Source: the human T2T-CHM13v2.0 reference genome, Homo sapiens. From it: 64,000 nucleotides of DNA. Positions 13,601 to 28,385 of this stretch are shown piece by piece (the first letter of the stretch is position 1; each line of letters begins with the position of its first letter). The DNA is taken from the NCBI RefSeq assembly GCF_009914755.1, contig NC_060948.1; one strand, written 5' to 3'. The notes under the pieces are model-generated. The model saw only the letters and a program-made list of their open reading frames with translations, made no database searches and had not been told where the DNA came from. A program made the position numbers and the translations under genes.

Positions 13601-14204
13601 GGGTGTCGAAAGGAATTGACTGCAATGGAATGGAATCGAATGGAATGGAAGTGAATAGAATCGAACTAAATCGAATGGAATGGAATTGATAGGAACGGAA
13701 TGGAAAGGAATGCAATGATTTGGCATGGAATGGAATCGAATGGCATCAAATGGAATGGAATGGAATGCAATGGAATGGAATGTATTAGAATGTAATGAAC
13801 ATTAATGGAATGTACTCGAATGGATTCGACTGGAATGGAATGTTCTGGAAGTGAATGGACTCCAATGGAATGGATTCGAAAGGAATGGAATCGAACGGAA
13901 TGGAATCTAATGGAATGGAATTAAATGGAAATGAATCAAATTGAATAGCACGGAATTGAATTGAATGGAATCGAATGCAATGGAATCTAATGAAACGGAA
14001 AGGAAAGAATGGAATGGAATGGAATGGGCTGGAATGGAAAGGAATCGAAACGAATGGAATGGAATCGAACTGAAGAGACTGGAATGGAATGCACTGGAAT
14101 GGAAGGGAGTGTAATGGAAGGTTCTCGAAAAAAATGGAATCGAATGGAATGGAATTGAATGGAACGGAATAGAGTCGCATGGAATTGAATGGAGTGGAAT
14201 GGAC
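10652..14204 (+). repeat. DYZ1 unit 4 (type A copy, 3553 bp)
   Basis: Shares unit 1 private variants (GGATAGGTCTC, GGAATTGTCT, GTCGCATGG, 1 bp deletion); HaeIII at 13462. Confidence 0.9.
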
Positions 14205-17200
14205 TAGAGTGAAATGGAATCGAACGAAAAGGAATGGACAGGAATGGAATGGTCTCGAATTGAATGGAATCGTATGGAATGGCATCAAACGGAATGGAAT
14301 GGACAGCCACGGAATGGAATGCACTCGAATGCAATGGAGTCGAAACTAATGGACTGGAATAGAATGGACTCGACTGGTATGGACTCCAATGGAATGGAAT
14401 CGAATGGAAGGGAATCGAACGGAATGGACTCGAAGGGAAAAGACTGCAATGGAAAGGTCTCGAATGGAATGGAAATTAATGGAATGGAATGGAATCGAAT
14501 GAAATGGAGTCAAAAGGAATGGAATCGAATGGCAAGAAATCGAATGTAATGGAATCGCAAGGAATTGATGTGAACGGAACGGAATGGAATGGAATCCAAA
14601 GGAATGGAATAGAATGGAATGGAATCGAATGGAAAGGACTCGAATGGAAATCACTCGAATAGAATGAAATTTAATAAAATAGGATCAAATGTAATAGAAT
14701 GGAATGGAAAGGAATCGAAACGGAAGGAATGGAGACAGATGGAATGGAATGGAACAGAGAGCAATGGTATAGAATGGAATGGAATCATCTGGAATGGAAT
14801 TGAATGGAATGGAATAATATGAAATGGAATGGAATGGAATGGAATGGAATGGAATGGAATGCCCTTGAATTAAATGGACTGGACTCGAACAGAGTGGAAT
14901 GGAAAGTGTTGAGATAGAATGGAATGGACTCCTTTGGAATGGTGTACTATGCAATGCAATCGACTGGCAGGGAATCAAAAGGAATGTAATCGAATGGATT
15001 GGACTGGAATGCAATGGACTCGAATAGATTGGAAACGGAATGCAAAGGAATGGAATGGAATAGTATGGAATGCAATGGAAGGGAATGGAGTGGAATAGAC
15101 TAGAGTGGAATGGAATGGACTGGAAAGCAATGGACTGGAATGGAACTTTCTTGGATGGACTGGAATCAAACGGAATGGAATGCAATGCAATCAAATGGCA
15201 TGGAATAAAATAGAATGAAAGAGAATCAAATGGAATTGAATCGAATGGAATCGAATGGATTGGAAAGGAATAGAATGGAATGGAATGGAATTGACTCAAA
15301 TGGAATGGACTAGAATGGAATGGATTCGAATGGAAGGCAAAGGAATGGAATCTATTGGAATGGACTGTAATGGAATGGAATGGAAGGGATTGGAATGGAC
15401 TCGAATGGAATGGACTGCAATAGAAAGGATTCGAATGGAATGAAAAAGAATTGAATGGAATAGAACAGAATGGAATCAAATCGAATGGAATGGAATGGAA
15501 TAGAAAGGAATGGAATGAAATGGAATGGAAAGGATTCGAATGGAATGCAATCGAATGGAATGGAATCGAACGGAATGGAATAAAATGGAAGAAAACTGGC
15601 AAGAAATGGAATCGAAATGAATGGAGTGTTATGGAATGGACTCAAAAGGAATTGAATGTAATAGAATGGAGTGGAGTGGACTCGAATATAATGGACTGGA
15701 ATGGAATGAAATCACATGGAATGGGAACGAATGGAATGGAATGGAAAGGAATGGAATCGAATGGAAAGGAATCGAATGGAAGGGAATGAAATTGAATCAA
15801 CAGGAATGGGAGGGAATAGAATAGACTGTAATGGAATGGACTCGAATAGAATGGACACGAATGCTCAAATTAAATTGACTCGAATGGAATGGAAACGAAA
15901 GGAATGTCATCGAATGGAATTGAATCGATTGGAATGAAATTGCATAGAATGGAGTGGAATCAAATGGAATTGAATCGAAAGGAAAGGAAGCGAATGGACT
16001 GAAATGAAATGGAATGGAATTGAATGGAAAGTAATGCAATGGAATAGAATGGAACGAAATTTCACGGAATGGAATCAAACTGAATGGAATCAAATCAATG
16101 GAATCAAATCAAATGGAATTGAAAGGAATTGAATGGAGTAGATGGGATTGGATGGGATTGGAATGAAATGTACTGGAAAGGACTCGAATTTCATGAAACG
16201 GAATGGAATGAATTGGAAAGGAATGGACTCGAATGGAATGGAATGTCATGGAATGGCATCAAATGGAATGGCATCAAATGGAATGGAATCGAATGCAATG
16301 GAATGCTGTGGAATGGAATGGAATGCATTGGAATGGAATGTCCTCTAATGGAATGGATTCGAGTGGAATGGAATTGAATATAATGGAGTCGAATGAAATG
16401 GAATTGAAAGGAATGGGATCGAATACAATGGAATATACTGGAATGTAACGTAATGAACTCGAATGTAATTGACTGGAATGGAATGTACATGAATGGAATG
16501 TAATCGAATGGAAAGTAGTCCAATGGAATAGAATCTAATGCAATAAAATCGACTCAGATAGAGTAGAATGTAATGGAATGGAGTGCAGTGCAATGGAATG
16601 GAATGGAATGGAATGGAATGGAATGGAATGGGATGGAATGGTATGGAATGGATAGTAATGGACTGGAGTGAAATGGACTGGAAAGGAATGGACTCAAATT
16701 GAAATGTCTCGAAAGGAATGGAGTCAAATGGAATGGTCTGGAATGGAATGAACACGAATGTAATGCAATCCAATAGAATGGAATCGAATGGCATGGAATA
16801 TAAAGAAATGGAATCGAAGAGAATGGAAACAAATGGAATGAAATTGAATGGAATGGAATTGAATGGAATGTGAACGAATGGAGTGAAATTGTATGCAGTA
16901 GAAGAGAATAGAATGGAATGCAAGCGAAAGGAAAGGAATGGATTGGAATGGAATGGAATTCATTGGAATGGAAGGGAATGTAGTGTAATGGACAGGCCTG
17001 GAATAAAGTGGAATGCTACGGTCTCGAATGGAATAAAAATGTATGGAATGGAATGCAATGAAACGGAATCGAATGTCATAGAATGTAATGGAATGCAAAA
17101 AAATGGAATCCAAAATCATTGAATGGAAAGGCTGGGTGTCGAAAGGAATTGACTCCAATGGAATGGAATCGAATGGAATGGAAGTGAATAGAATCGAACT

Positions 17201-17738
17201 AAATCGAATGGAATGGAATTGATAGGAACGGAATGGAAAGGATTGCAATGATTTGGCATGGAATGGAATCGAATGGCATCGAATGGAATGGAATGGAATG
17301 CAATGGAATGGAATGTATTAGAATGTAATGAACTTTAATGGAATGTACTCGAATGGATTCGACTGGAATGGAATGTTCTGGAAGTGAATGGACTCCAATG
17401 GAATGGATTCAAAAGGAATGGAATCGTACGGAATGGAATCTAATGGAATGGAATTAAATGGAAATGAATCAAATTGAATAGCACGGAATTGAATTGAATG
17501 GAATGGAATGCAATGGAATCTAATGAAACGGAAAGGAAAGGAATGGAATGGAATGGAATGGGCTGGAATGGAAAGGAATCGAAACGAATGGAATGGAATC
17601 GAAGTGAAGAGACTGGAATGGTATGCACTGGAATGGAAGGGAGTGTAATGGAAGGTTCTCGAAAAAAATGGAATCGAATGGAATGCAATTGAATGGAACG
17701 GAATAAAGTCGAATGGAATTGAATGGAATGGAATGGAC
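14205..17738 (+). repeat. DYZ1 unit 5 (type B copy, 3534 bp)
   Basis: Shares unit 2 variants (AACGAAAAGG, GGGAGGG, AAATTAAATTGAC, GCTGTGG); HaeIII at 16995. Confidence 0.9.
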
Positions 17739-20700
17739 TAGAGTGAAATGGAATCGAACCACAAGGAATGGACAGGAATAGAATGGTCTCGAATTGAATG
17801 GAATCGTATGGAATGGCATCAAACGGAATGGAATGGACAGCCACGGAATGGAATGCACTCGAATGCAATGGAGTCGAAACTAATGGACTGGAATAGAATG
17901 GACTCGACTGGTACGGACTCCAATGGAATGGAATCGAATGGAAGGGAATCGAACGTAATGGACTCGAAGGGAAAAGACTGCAATGGAAAGGTCTCGAATG
18001 GAATGGAAATTAATGGAATGGAATGGAATCGAATGAAATGGAGTCAAAAGGAATGGAATCGAATGGCAAGAAATCGAATGTAATGGAATCGCAAGGAATT
18101 GATGTGAACGGAACGGAATGGAATGGAATCCAAAGGAATGGAATAGAATGGAATGGAAACGAATGGAAAGGACTCCAATGGAAATCACTCGAATAGAATG
18201 CAATTTAATAAAATAGGATCAAATGTAATAGAATGGAATGGAAAGGAATCGAAACGGAAGGAATGGAGACAGATGGAATGGAATGGAACAGAGAGCAATG
18301 GTATAGAATGGAATGGAATCATCTGGAATGGAATTGAATGGAATGGAATGATATGAAATGGAATGGAATGGAATGGAATGGAATGCCCTTGAATTAAATG
18401 GACTGGACTCGAACAGAGTGGAATGGAAAGTGTTGAGATAGAATGGAATGGACTCCTTTGGAATGGTGTAGTATGCAATGCAATCGACTGGCAGGGAATC
18501 AAAAGGAATGTAATCGAATGGATTGGACTGGAATGCAATGGACTCGAATAGATTGGAAACGGAATGCAAAGGAATGGAATGGAATAGTATGGAATGCAAT
18601 GGAAGGGAATGGAGTGGAATAGACTAGAGTGGAATGGAATGGACTGGAAAGCAATGGAGTGGAATGGAACTTTCTTGGATGGACTGGAATCAAACGGAAT
18701 GGAATGCAATGCAATCAAATGGCATGGAATAAAATAGAATGAAAGAGAATCAAATGGAATTGAATCGAATGGAATCGAATGGATTGGAAAGGAATAGAAT
18801 GGAATGGAATGGAATTGACTCAAATGGAATGGACTAGAATGGAATGGATTCGAATGGAAGGCAAAGGAATGGAATCTATTGGAATGGACTGTAATGGAAT
18901 GGAATGGAAGGGATTGGAATGGACTGCAATAGAAAGGATTCGAATGGAATGAAAAAGAATTGAATGGAATAGAACAGAATGGAATCAAATCGAATGGAAT
19001 GGAATGGAATAGAAAGGAATGGAATGAAATGGAATGGAAAGGATTCGAATGGAATGCAATCGAATGGAATGGAATCGAACGGAATGGAATAAAATGGAAG
19101 AAAACTGGCAAGAAATGGAATCGAAATGAATGGAGTGTTATGGAACGGACTCAAAAGGAATTGAATGTAATAGAATGGAGTGGAGTGGACTCGAATATAA
19201 TGGACTGGAATGGAATGAAATCACATGGAATGGGAACGAATGGAATGGAATGGAAAGGAATGGAATCGAATGGAAAGGAATCGAATGGAAGGGAATGAAA
19301 TTGAATCAACAGGAATGGAAGGGAATAGAATAGACTGTAATGGAATGGACTCGAATAGAATGGACACGAATGCTCAAATTAAATGGACTCGAATGGAATG
19401 GAAACGAAAGGAATGTCATCGAATGGAATTGAATCGATTGGAATGAAATCGCATAGAATGGAGTGGAATCAAATGGAATTGAATCGAAAGGAAAGGAAGC
19501 GAATGGACTGAAATGAAATGGAATGGAATTGAATGGAAAGTAATGCAATGGAATAGAATGGAACGAAATTTCACGGAATGGAATCAAACTGAATGGAATC
19601 AAATCAATGGAATCAAATCAAATGGAATGGAAAGGAATTGAATGGAGTAGATGGGATTGGATGGGATTGGAATGAAATGTACTGGAAAGGACTCGAATTT
19701 CATGAAACGGAATGGAATGAATTGGAACGGAATGGACTCGAATGGAATGGAATGTCATGGAATGGCATCAAATGGAATGGCATCAAATGGAATGGAATCG
19801 AATGCAATGGAATGCTATGGAATGGAATGGAATGCATTGGAATGGAATGTCCTCTAATGGAATGGATTCGAGTGGAATGGAATTGAATGTAATGGAGTCG
19901 AATGAAATGGAATTGAAAGGAATGGGATCGAATACAATGGAATATACTGGAATGTAACGTAATGAACTCGAATGTAATTGACTGGAATGGAATGTACATG
20001 AATGGAATGTAATCGAATGGAAAGTAATCCAATGGAATAGAATCTAATGCAATAAAATCGACTCAGATAGAGTAGAATGTAATGGAATGGAGTGCAGTGC
20101 AATGGAATGGAATGGAATGGAATGCAATGGAATGGAATGGAATGGAATGGAATGGAATGGAATGGAATGGAATGGGATGGAATGGTATGGAATGGATAGT
20201 AATGGACTGGAATGAAATGGACTGGAAAAGAATGGACTCAAATTGAAAGGGCTCGAAAGGAATGGAGTCAAATGGAATGGTCTGGAATGGAATGAACACG
20301 AATGTAATGCAATCCAATAGAATGGAATCGAATGGCATGGAATATAAAGAAATGGAATCGAAGAGAATGGAAACAAATGGAATGGAATTGAATGGAATGG
20401 AATTGAATGGAATGGGAACGAATGGAGTGAAATTGTATGCAGTAGAAGAGAATAGAATGGAATGCAAGCGAAAGGAAAGGAATGGATTGCAATGGAATGG
20501 AATTCATTGGAATGGAAGGGAATGTAGTGTAATGGACAGGCCTGGAATAAAGTGGAATGCTACGGTCTCGAATGGAATAAAAATGTATGGAATGGAATGC
20601 AATGAAACGGAATCGAATGTCATAGAATGTAATGGAATGCAAAAAAATGGAATCCAAAATCATTGACTGGAAAGGCTGGGTGTCGAAAGGAATTGACTCC

Positions 20701-21282
20701 AATGGAATGGAATCGAATGGAATGGAAGTGAACAGAATCGAACTAAATCGAATGGAATGGAATTGATAGGAACGGAATGGAAAGGAATGCAATGATTTGG
20801 CATGGAATGGAATCGAATGGCATCGAATGGAATGGAATGGAATGCAATGGAATGGAATGTATTAGAATGTAATGAACATTAATGGAATGTACTCGAATGG
20901 ATTCGACTGGAATGGAATGTTCTGGAAGTGAATGGACTCCAATGGAATGGATTCGAAAGGAATGGAATCGAACGGAATGGAATCTAATGGAATGGAATTA
21001 AATGGAAATGATTCAAATTGAATAGCACGGAATTGAATTGAATGGAATGGAATGCAATGGAATCTAATGAAACGGAAAGGAAAGGAATGGAATGGAATGG
21101 AATGGGCTGGAATGGAAAGGAATCGAAACGAATGGAATGGAATCGAACTGAAGAGACTGGAATGGAATGCACTGGAATGGAAGGGAGTGTAATGGAAGGT
21201 TCTCGAAAATAATGGAAGCAAATGGAATGGAATTGAATGGAACGGAATAGAGTCGAATGGAATTGAATGGAATGGAATGGAC
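17739..21282 (+). repeat. DYZ1 unit 6 (type C copy, 3544 bp)
   Basis: Shares unit 3 variants (GAACGTAATGG, GGAAACGAATGGAAAGGACTCC); has a private 15 bp deletion near 18920; HaeIII at 20539. Confidence 0.9.
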
Positions 21283-24200
21283 TAGAGTGAAATGGAATCG
21301 AACCACAAGGAATGGACAGGAATAGAATGGTCTCGAATTGAATGGAATCGTATGGAATGGCATCAAACGGAATGGAATGGACAGCCACGGAATGGAATGC
21401 ACTCGAATGCAATGGAGTCGAAACTTATGGACTGGAATAGAATGGACTCGACTGGTACGGACTCCAATGGAATGGAATCGAATGGAAGGGATTCGAACGG
21501 AATGGACTCGAAGGGAAAAGACTGCAATGGATAGGTCTCGAATGGAATGGAAATTAATGGAATGGAATGGAATCGAATGAAATGGAGTCAAAAGGAATGG
21601 AATCGAATGGCAAGAAATCGAATGTAATGGAATCGCAAGGAATTGATGTGAACGGAACGGAATGGAATGGAATCCAAAGGAATGGAATAGAATGGAATGG
21701 AATCGAATGGAAAGGACTCGAATGGAAATCACTCGAATAGAATGAAATTTAATAAAATAGGATCAAATGTAATTGAATGGAATGGAAAGGAATCGAAACG
21801 AAAGGAATGGAGACAGATGGAATGGAATGGAACAGAGAGCAATGGTATAGAATGGAATGGAATCATCTGGAATGGAATTGAATGGAATGGAATAATATGA
21901 AATGGAATGGAATGGAATGGAATGGAATGCCCTTGAATTAAATGGACTGGAATGGAATGGACTCGAACAGAGTGGAATGGAAAGTGTTGAGATAGAATGG
22001 AATGGACTCCTTTGGAATGGTCTAGTATGCAATGCAATCGACTGGCAGGGAATCAAAAGGAATGTAATCGAATGGATTAGACTGGAATGCAATGGACTCG
22101 AATAGATTGGAAACGGAATGCAAAGGAATGGAATGGAATAGTATGGAATGGAATGGAAAGGAATGGAGTGGAATAGACTAGAGTGGAATGGAATGGACTG
22201 GAAAGCAATGGACTGGAATGGAACTTTCTTGAATGGACTGGAATCAAACGGAATGGAATGCAATGCAATCAAATGGCATGGAATAAAATAGAATGAAAGA
22301 GAATCAAATGGAATTGAATCGAATGGAATCGAATGGATTGGAAAGGAATAGAATGGAATGGAATGGAATGGACTCAAATGGAATGGACTAGAATGGAATG
22401 GATTCGAATGGAAGGCAAAGGAATGGAATCTATTGGAATGGACTGTAATGGAATGGAATGGAAGGGATTGGAATGGACTCGAATGGAATGGACTGCAATA
22501 GAAAGGATTCGAATGGAATGAAAAAGAATTGAATGGAATAGAACAGAATGGAATCAAATCGAATGAAATGGAATGGAATAGAAAGGAATGGAATGAAATG
22601 GAATGGAAAGGATTCGAATGGAATGCAATCGAATGGAATGGAATCGAACGGAATGGAATAAAATGGAAGAAAACTGGCAAGAAATGGAATCGAAATGAAT
22701 GGAGTGTTATGGAACGGACTCAAAAGGAATTGAATGTAATAGAATGGAGTGGAGTGGACTCGAATATAATGGACTGGAATGGAATGAAATCACATGGAAT
22801 GGGAACGAATGGAATGGAATGGAAAGGAATGGAATCGAATGGAAAGGAATCGAATGGAAGGGAATGAAATTGAATCAACAGGAATGGAAGGGAATAGAAT
22901 AGACGGTAATGGAATGGACTCGAATAGAATGGACACGAATGCTCAAATTGAATGGACTCGAATGGAATGGAAACGAAAGGAATGTCATCGAATGGAATTG
23001 AATCGATTGGAATGAAATCGCATAGAATGGAGTGGAATCAAATGGAATTGAATCGAAAGGAAAGGAAGCGAATGGACTGAAATGAAATGGAATGGAATTG
23101 AATGGAAAGTAATGCAATGGAATAGAATGGAACGAAATTTCACGGAATGGAATCAAACTGAATGGAATCAAATCAATGGAATCAAATCAAATGGAATGGA
23201 AAGGAATTGAATGGAGTAGATTGGATTGGATGGGATTGGAATGAAATGTACTGGAAAGGACTCGAATTTCATGAAACGGAATGGAATGAATTGGAACGGA
23301 ATGGACTCGAATGGAATGGAATGTCATGGAATGGCAACAAATGGAATGGCATCAAATGGAATGGAATCGAATGCAATGGAATGCTATGGAATGGAATGGA
23401 ATGCATTGGAATGGAATGTCCTCTAATGGAATGGATTCGAGTGGAATGGAATCGAATATAATGGAGTCGAATGAAATGGAATTGAAAGGAATGGGATCGA
23501 ATACAATGGAATATACTGGAATGTAATGTAATGAACTCGAATGTAATTGACTGGAATGGAATGTACATGAATGGAATGTAATCGAATGGAAAGTAATCCA
23601 ATGGAATAGAATCTAATGCAATAAAATCGACTCAGATAGAGTAGAATGTAATGGAATGGAGTGCAGTGCAATGGAATGGAATGGAATGGAATGCAATGGA
23701 ATGGAATGGAATGGAACGGAATGGAATGGAATGGGATGGAATGGTATGGAATGGACAGTAATGGACTGGAATGAAATGGACTGGAAAAGAATGGACTCAA
23801 ATTGAAAGGGCTCGAAAGGAATGGAGTCAAATGGAATAGTCTGGAATGGAATGAACACGAATGTAATGCAATCCAATAGAATGGAATCGAATGGCATGGA
23901 ATATAAAGAAATGGAATCGAAGAGAATGGAAACAAATGGAATGGAATTGAATGGAATGGAATTGAATGGAATGGGAACGAATGGAGTGAAATTGTATGCA
24001 GTAGAAGAGAATAGAATGGAATGCAAGCGAAAGGAAAAGAATGGATTGCAATGGAATGGAATTCATTGGAATGGAAGGGAATGTAGTGTAATGGACAGGC
24101 CTGGAATAAAGTGGAATGTTACGGTCTCGAATGGAATAAAAATGTATGGAATGGAATGCAATGAAACGGAATCGAATGTCATAGAATGTAATGGAATGCA

Positions 24201-24841
24201 AAAAAATGGAATCCAAAATCATTGACTGGAAAGGCTGGTTGTCGAAAGGAATTGACTCCAATGGAATGGAATCGAATGGAATGGAAGTGAATAGAATCGA
24301 ACTAAATCGAATGGAATGGAATTGATAGGAACGGAATGGAAAGGAATGCAATGATTTGGCATGGAATGCAATCGAATGGCATCGAATGGAATGGAATGGA
24401 ATGCAATGGAATGGAATGTATTAGAATGTAATGAACATTAATGGAATGTACTCGAATGGATTCGACTGGAATGGAATGTTCTGGAAGTGAATGGACTCCA
24501 ATGGAATGGATTCGAAAGGAATGGAATCGAACGGAATGGAATCTAATGGAATGGAATTAAATGGAAATGAATCAAATTGAATAGCACGGAATTGAATTGA
24601 ATGGAATGGAATGCAATGGAATCTAATGAAACGGAAAGGAAAGGAATGGAATGGAATGGAATGGGCTGGAATGGAAAGGAATCGAAACGAATGGAATGGA
24701 ATCGAACTGAAGAGACTGGAATGGAATGCACTGGAATGGAAGGGAGTGTAATGGAAGGTTCTCGAAAATAATGGAAGCAAATGGAATGGAATTGAATGGA
24801 ACGGAATAGAGTCGAATGGAATTGAATGGAATGGAATGGAC
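21283..24841 (+). repeat. DYZ1 unit 7 (A-like 5' part, 3559 bp)
   Basis: Anchor-to-anchor distance; A markers present to ~22.4 kb only; HaeIII at 24098. Confidence 0.88.
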
Positions 24842-27800
24842 TAGAGTGAAATGGAATCGAACCACAAGGAATGGACAGGAATAGAATGGTCTCGAATTGA
24901 ATGGAATCGTATGGAATGGCATCAAACGGAATGGAATGGACAGCCACGGAATGGAATGCACTCGAATGCAATGGAGTCGAAACTTATGGACTGGAATAGA
25001 ATGGACTCGACTGGTACGGACTCCAATGGAATGGAATCGAATGGAAGGGATTCGAACGGAATGGACTCGAAGGGAAAAGACTGCAATGGAAAGGTCTCTA
25101 ATGGAATGGAAATTAATGGAATGGAATGGAATCGAATGAAATGGAGTCAAAAGGAATGGAATCGAATGGCAAGAAATCGAATGTAATGGAATCGGAAGGA
25201 ATTGATGTGAACGGAACGGAATGGAATGGAATCCAAAGGAATGGAATAGAATGGAATGGAATCGAATGGAAAGGACTCGAATGGAAATCACTCGAATGGA
25301 ATGAAATTTAATAAAATAGGATCAAATGTAATTGAATGGAATGGAAAGGAATCGAAACGAAAGGAATGGAGACAGATGGAATGGAATGGAACAGAGAGCA
25401 ATGGTATAGAATGGAATGGAATCATCTGGAATGGAATTGAATGGAATGGAATAATATGAAATGGAATGGAATGGAATGGAATGGAATGCCCTTGAATTAA
25501 ATGGACTGGAATGGAATGGACTCGAACAGAGTGGAATGGAAAGTGTTGAGATAGAATGGAATGGACTCTTTTAGAATGGTCTAGTATGCAATGCAATCGA
25601 CTGGCAGGGAATCAAAAGGAATGTAATCGAATGGATTGGACTGGAATGCAATGGACTCGAATAGATTGGAAACGGAATGCAAAGGAATGGAATGGAATAG
25701 TATGGAATGGAATGGAAAGGAATGGAGTGGAATAGACTAGAGTGGAATGGAATGGACTGGAAAGCAATGGACTGGAATGGAACTTTCTTGAATGGACTGG
25801 AATCAAACGGAATGGAATGCAATGCAATCAAATGGCATGGAATAAAATAGAATGAAAGAGAATCAAATGGAATTGAATCGAATGGAATCGAATGGATTGG
25901 AAAGGAATAGAATGGAATGGAATGGAATTGACTCAAATGGAATGGACTAGAATGGAATGGATTCGAATGGAAGGCAAAGGAATGGAATCTATTGGAATGG
26001 ACAGTAATGGAATGGAATGGAAGGGATTGGAATGGACTCGAATGGAATGGACTGCAATAGAAAGGATTCGAATGGAATGAAAAAGAATTGAATGGAATAG
26101 AACAGAATGGAATCAAATCGAATGAAATGGAATGGAATAGAAAGGAATGGAATGAAATGGAATGGAAAGGATTCGAATGGAATGCAATCGAATGGAATGG
26201 AATCGAACGGAATGGAATAGAATGGAAGAAAACTGGCAAGAAATGGAATCGAAATGAATGGAGTGTTATGGAACGGACTCAAAAGGAATTGAATGTAATA
26301 GAATGGAGTGGAGTGGACTCGAATATAATGAACTGGAATGGAATGAAATCACATGGAATGGGAACGAATGGAATGGAATGGAAAGGAATGGAATCGAATG
26401 GAAAGGAATCGAATGGAAGGGAATGAAATTGAATCAACAGGAATGGAAGGGAATAGAATAGACGGTAATGGAATGGACTCGAATAGAATGGACACGAATG
26501 CTCAAATTGAATGGACTCGAATGGAATGGAAACAAAAGGAATGTCATCGAATGGAATTGAATCGATTGGAATGAAATCGCATAGAATGGAGTGGAATCAA
26601 ATGGAATTGAATCGAAAGGAAAGGAAGCGAATGGACTGAAATGAAATGGAATGGAATTGAATGGAAAGTAATGCAATGGAATAGAATGGAACGAAATTTC
26701 ACGGAATGGAATCAAACTGAATGGAATCAAATCAATGGAATCAAATCAAATGGAATGGAAAGGAATTGAATGGAGTAGATTGGATTGGATGGGATTGGAA
26801 TGAAATGTACTGGAAAGGACTCGAATTTCATGAAACGGAATGGAATGAATTGGAACGGAATGGACTCGGATGGAATGGAATGTCATGGAATGGCATCAAA
26901 TGGAATGGCATCAAATGGAATGGAATCGAATGCAATGGAATGCTATGGAATGGAATGGAATGCATTGGAATGGAATGTCCTCTAATGGAATGGATTCGAG
27001 TGGAATGGAATCGAATATAATGGAGTCGAATGAAATGGAATTGAAAGGAATGGGATCGAATACAATGGAATATACTGGAATGTAATGTAATGAACTCGAA
27101 TGTAATTGACTGGAATGGAATGTACATGAATGGAATGTAATCGAATGGAAAGTAATCCAATGGAATAGAATCTAATGCAATAAAATCGACTCAGATAGAG
27201 TAGAATGTAATGGAATGGAGTGCAGTGCAATGGAATGTAATGGAATGGAGTGCAATGGAATGGAATGGAATGGAATGGGATGGAATGGTATGGAATGGAT
27301 AGTAATGGACTGGAATGAAATGGACTGGAAAAGAATGGACTCAAATTGAAAGGGCTCGAAAGGAATGGAGTCAAATGGAATGGTCTGGAATGGAATGAAC
27401 ACGAATGTAATGCAATCCAATAGAATGGAATCGAATGGCATGGAATATAAAGAAATGGAATCGAAGAGAATGGAAACAAATGGAATGGAATTGAATGGAA
27501 TGGAATTGAATGGAATGGGAACGAATGGAGTGAAATTGTATGCAGTAGAAGAGAATAGACTGGAATGCAAGCGAAAGGAAAGGAATGGATTGCAATGGAA
27601 TGGAATTCATTGGAATGGAAGGGAATGTAGTGTAATGGACAGGCCTGGAATAAAGTGGAATGCTACGGTCTCGAATGGAATAAAAATGTATGGAATGGAA
27701 TGCAATGAAACGGAATCGAATGTCATAGAATGTAATGGAATGCAAAAAAATGGAATCCAAAATCATTGACAGGAAAGGCTGGGTGTCGAAAGGAATTGAC

Positions 27801-28385
27801 TCCAATGGAATGGAATCGAATGGAATGGAAGTGAATAGAATCGAACTAAATCGAATGGAATGGAATTGATAGGAACGGAATGGAAAGGAATGCAATGATT
27901 TGGCATGGAATGGAATCGAATGGCATCGAATGGAATGGAATGGAATGCAATGGAATGGAATGTATTGGAATGTAATGAACATTAATGGAATGTACTCGAA
28001 TGGATTCGACTGGAATGGAATGTTCTGGAAGTGAATGGACTCCAATGGAATGGATTCGAAAGGAATGGAATCGAACGGAATGGAATCTAATGGAATGGAA
28101 TTAAATGGAAATGAATCAAATTGAATAGCACGGAATTGAATTGAATGGAATGGAATGCAATGGAATCTAATGAAACGGAAAGGAAAGGAATGGAATGGAA
28201 TGGAATGGGCTGGAATGGAAAGGAATCGAAACGAATGGAATGGAATCGAACTGAAGAGACTGGAATGGAATGCACTGGAATGGAAGGGAGTGTAATGGAA
28301 GGTTCTCGAAAATAATGGAAGCAAATGGAATGGAATTGAATGGAACGGAATAGAGTCGAATGGAATTTAATGGAATGGAATGGAC
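24842..28385 (+). repeat. DYZ1 unit 8 (3544 bp)
   Basis: Anchor-to-anchor distance; HaeIII at 27642. Confidence 0.88.
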
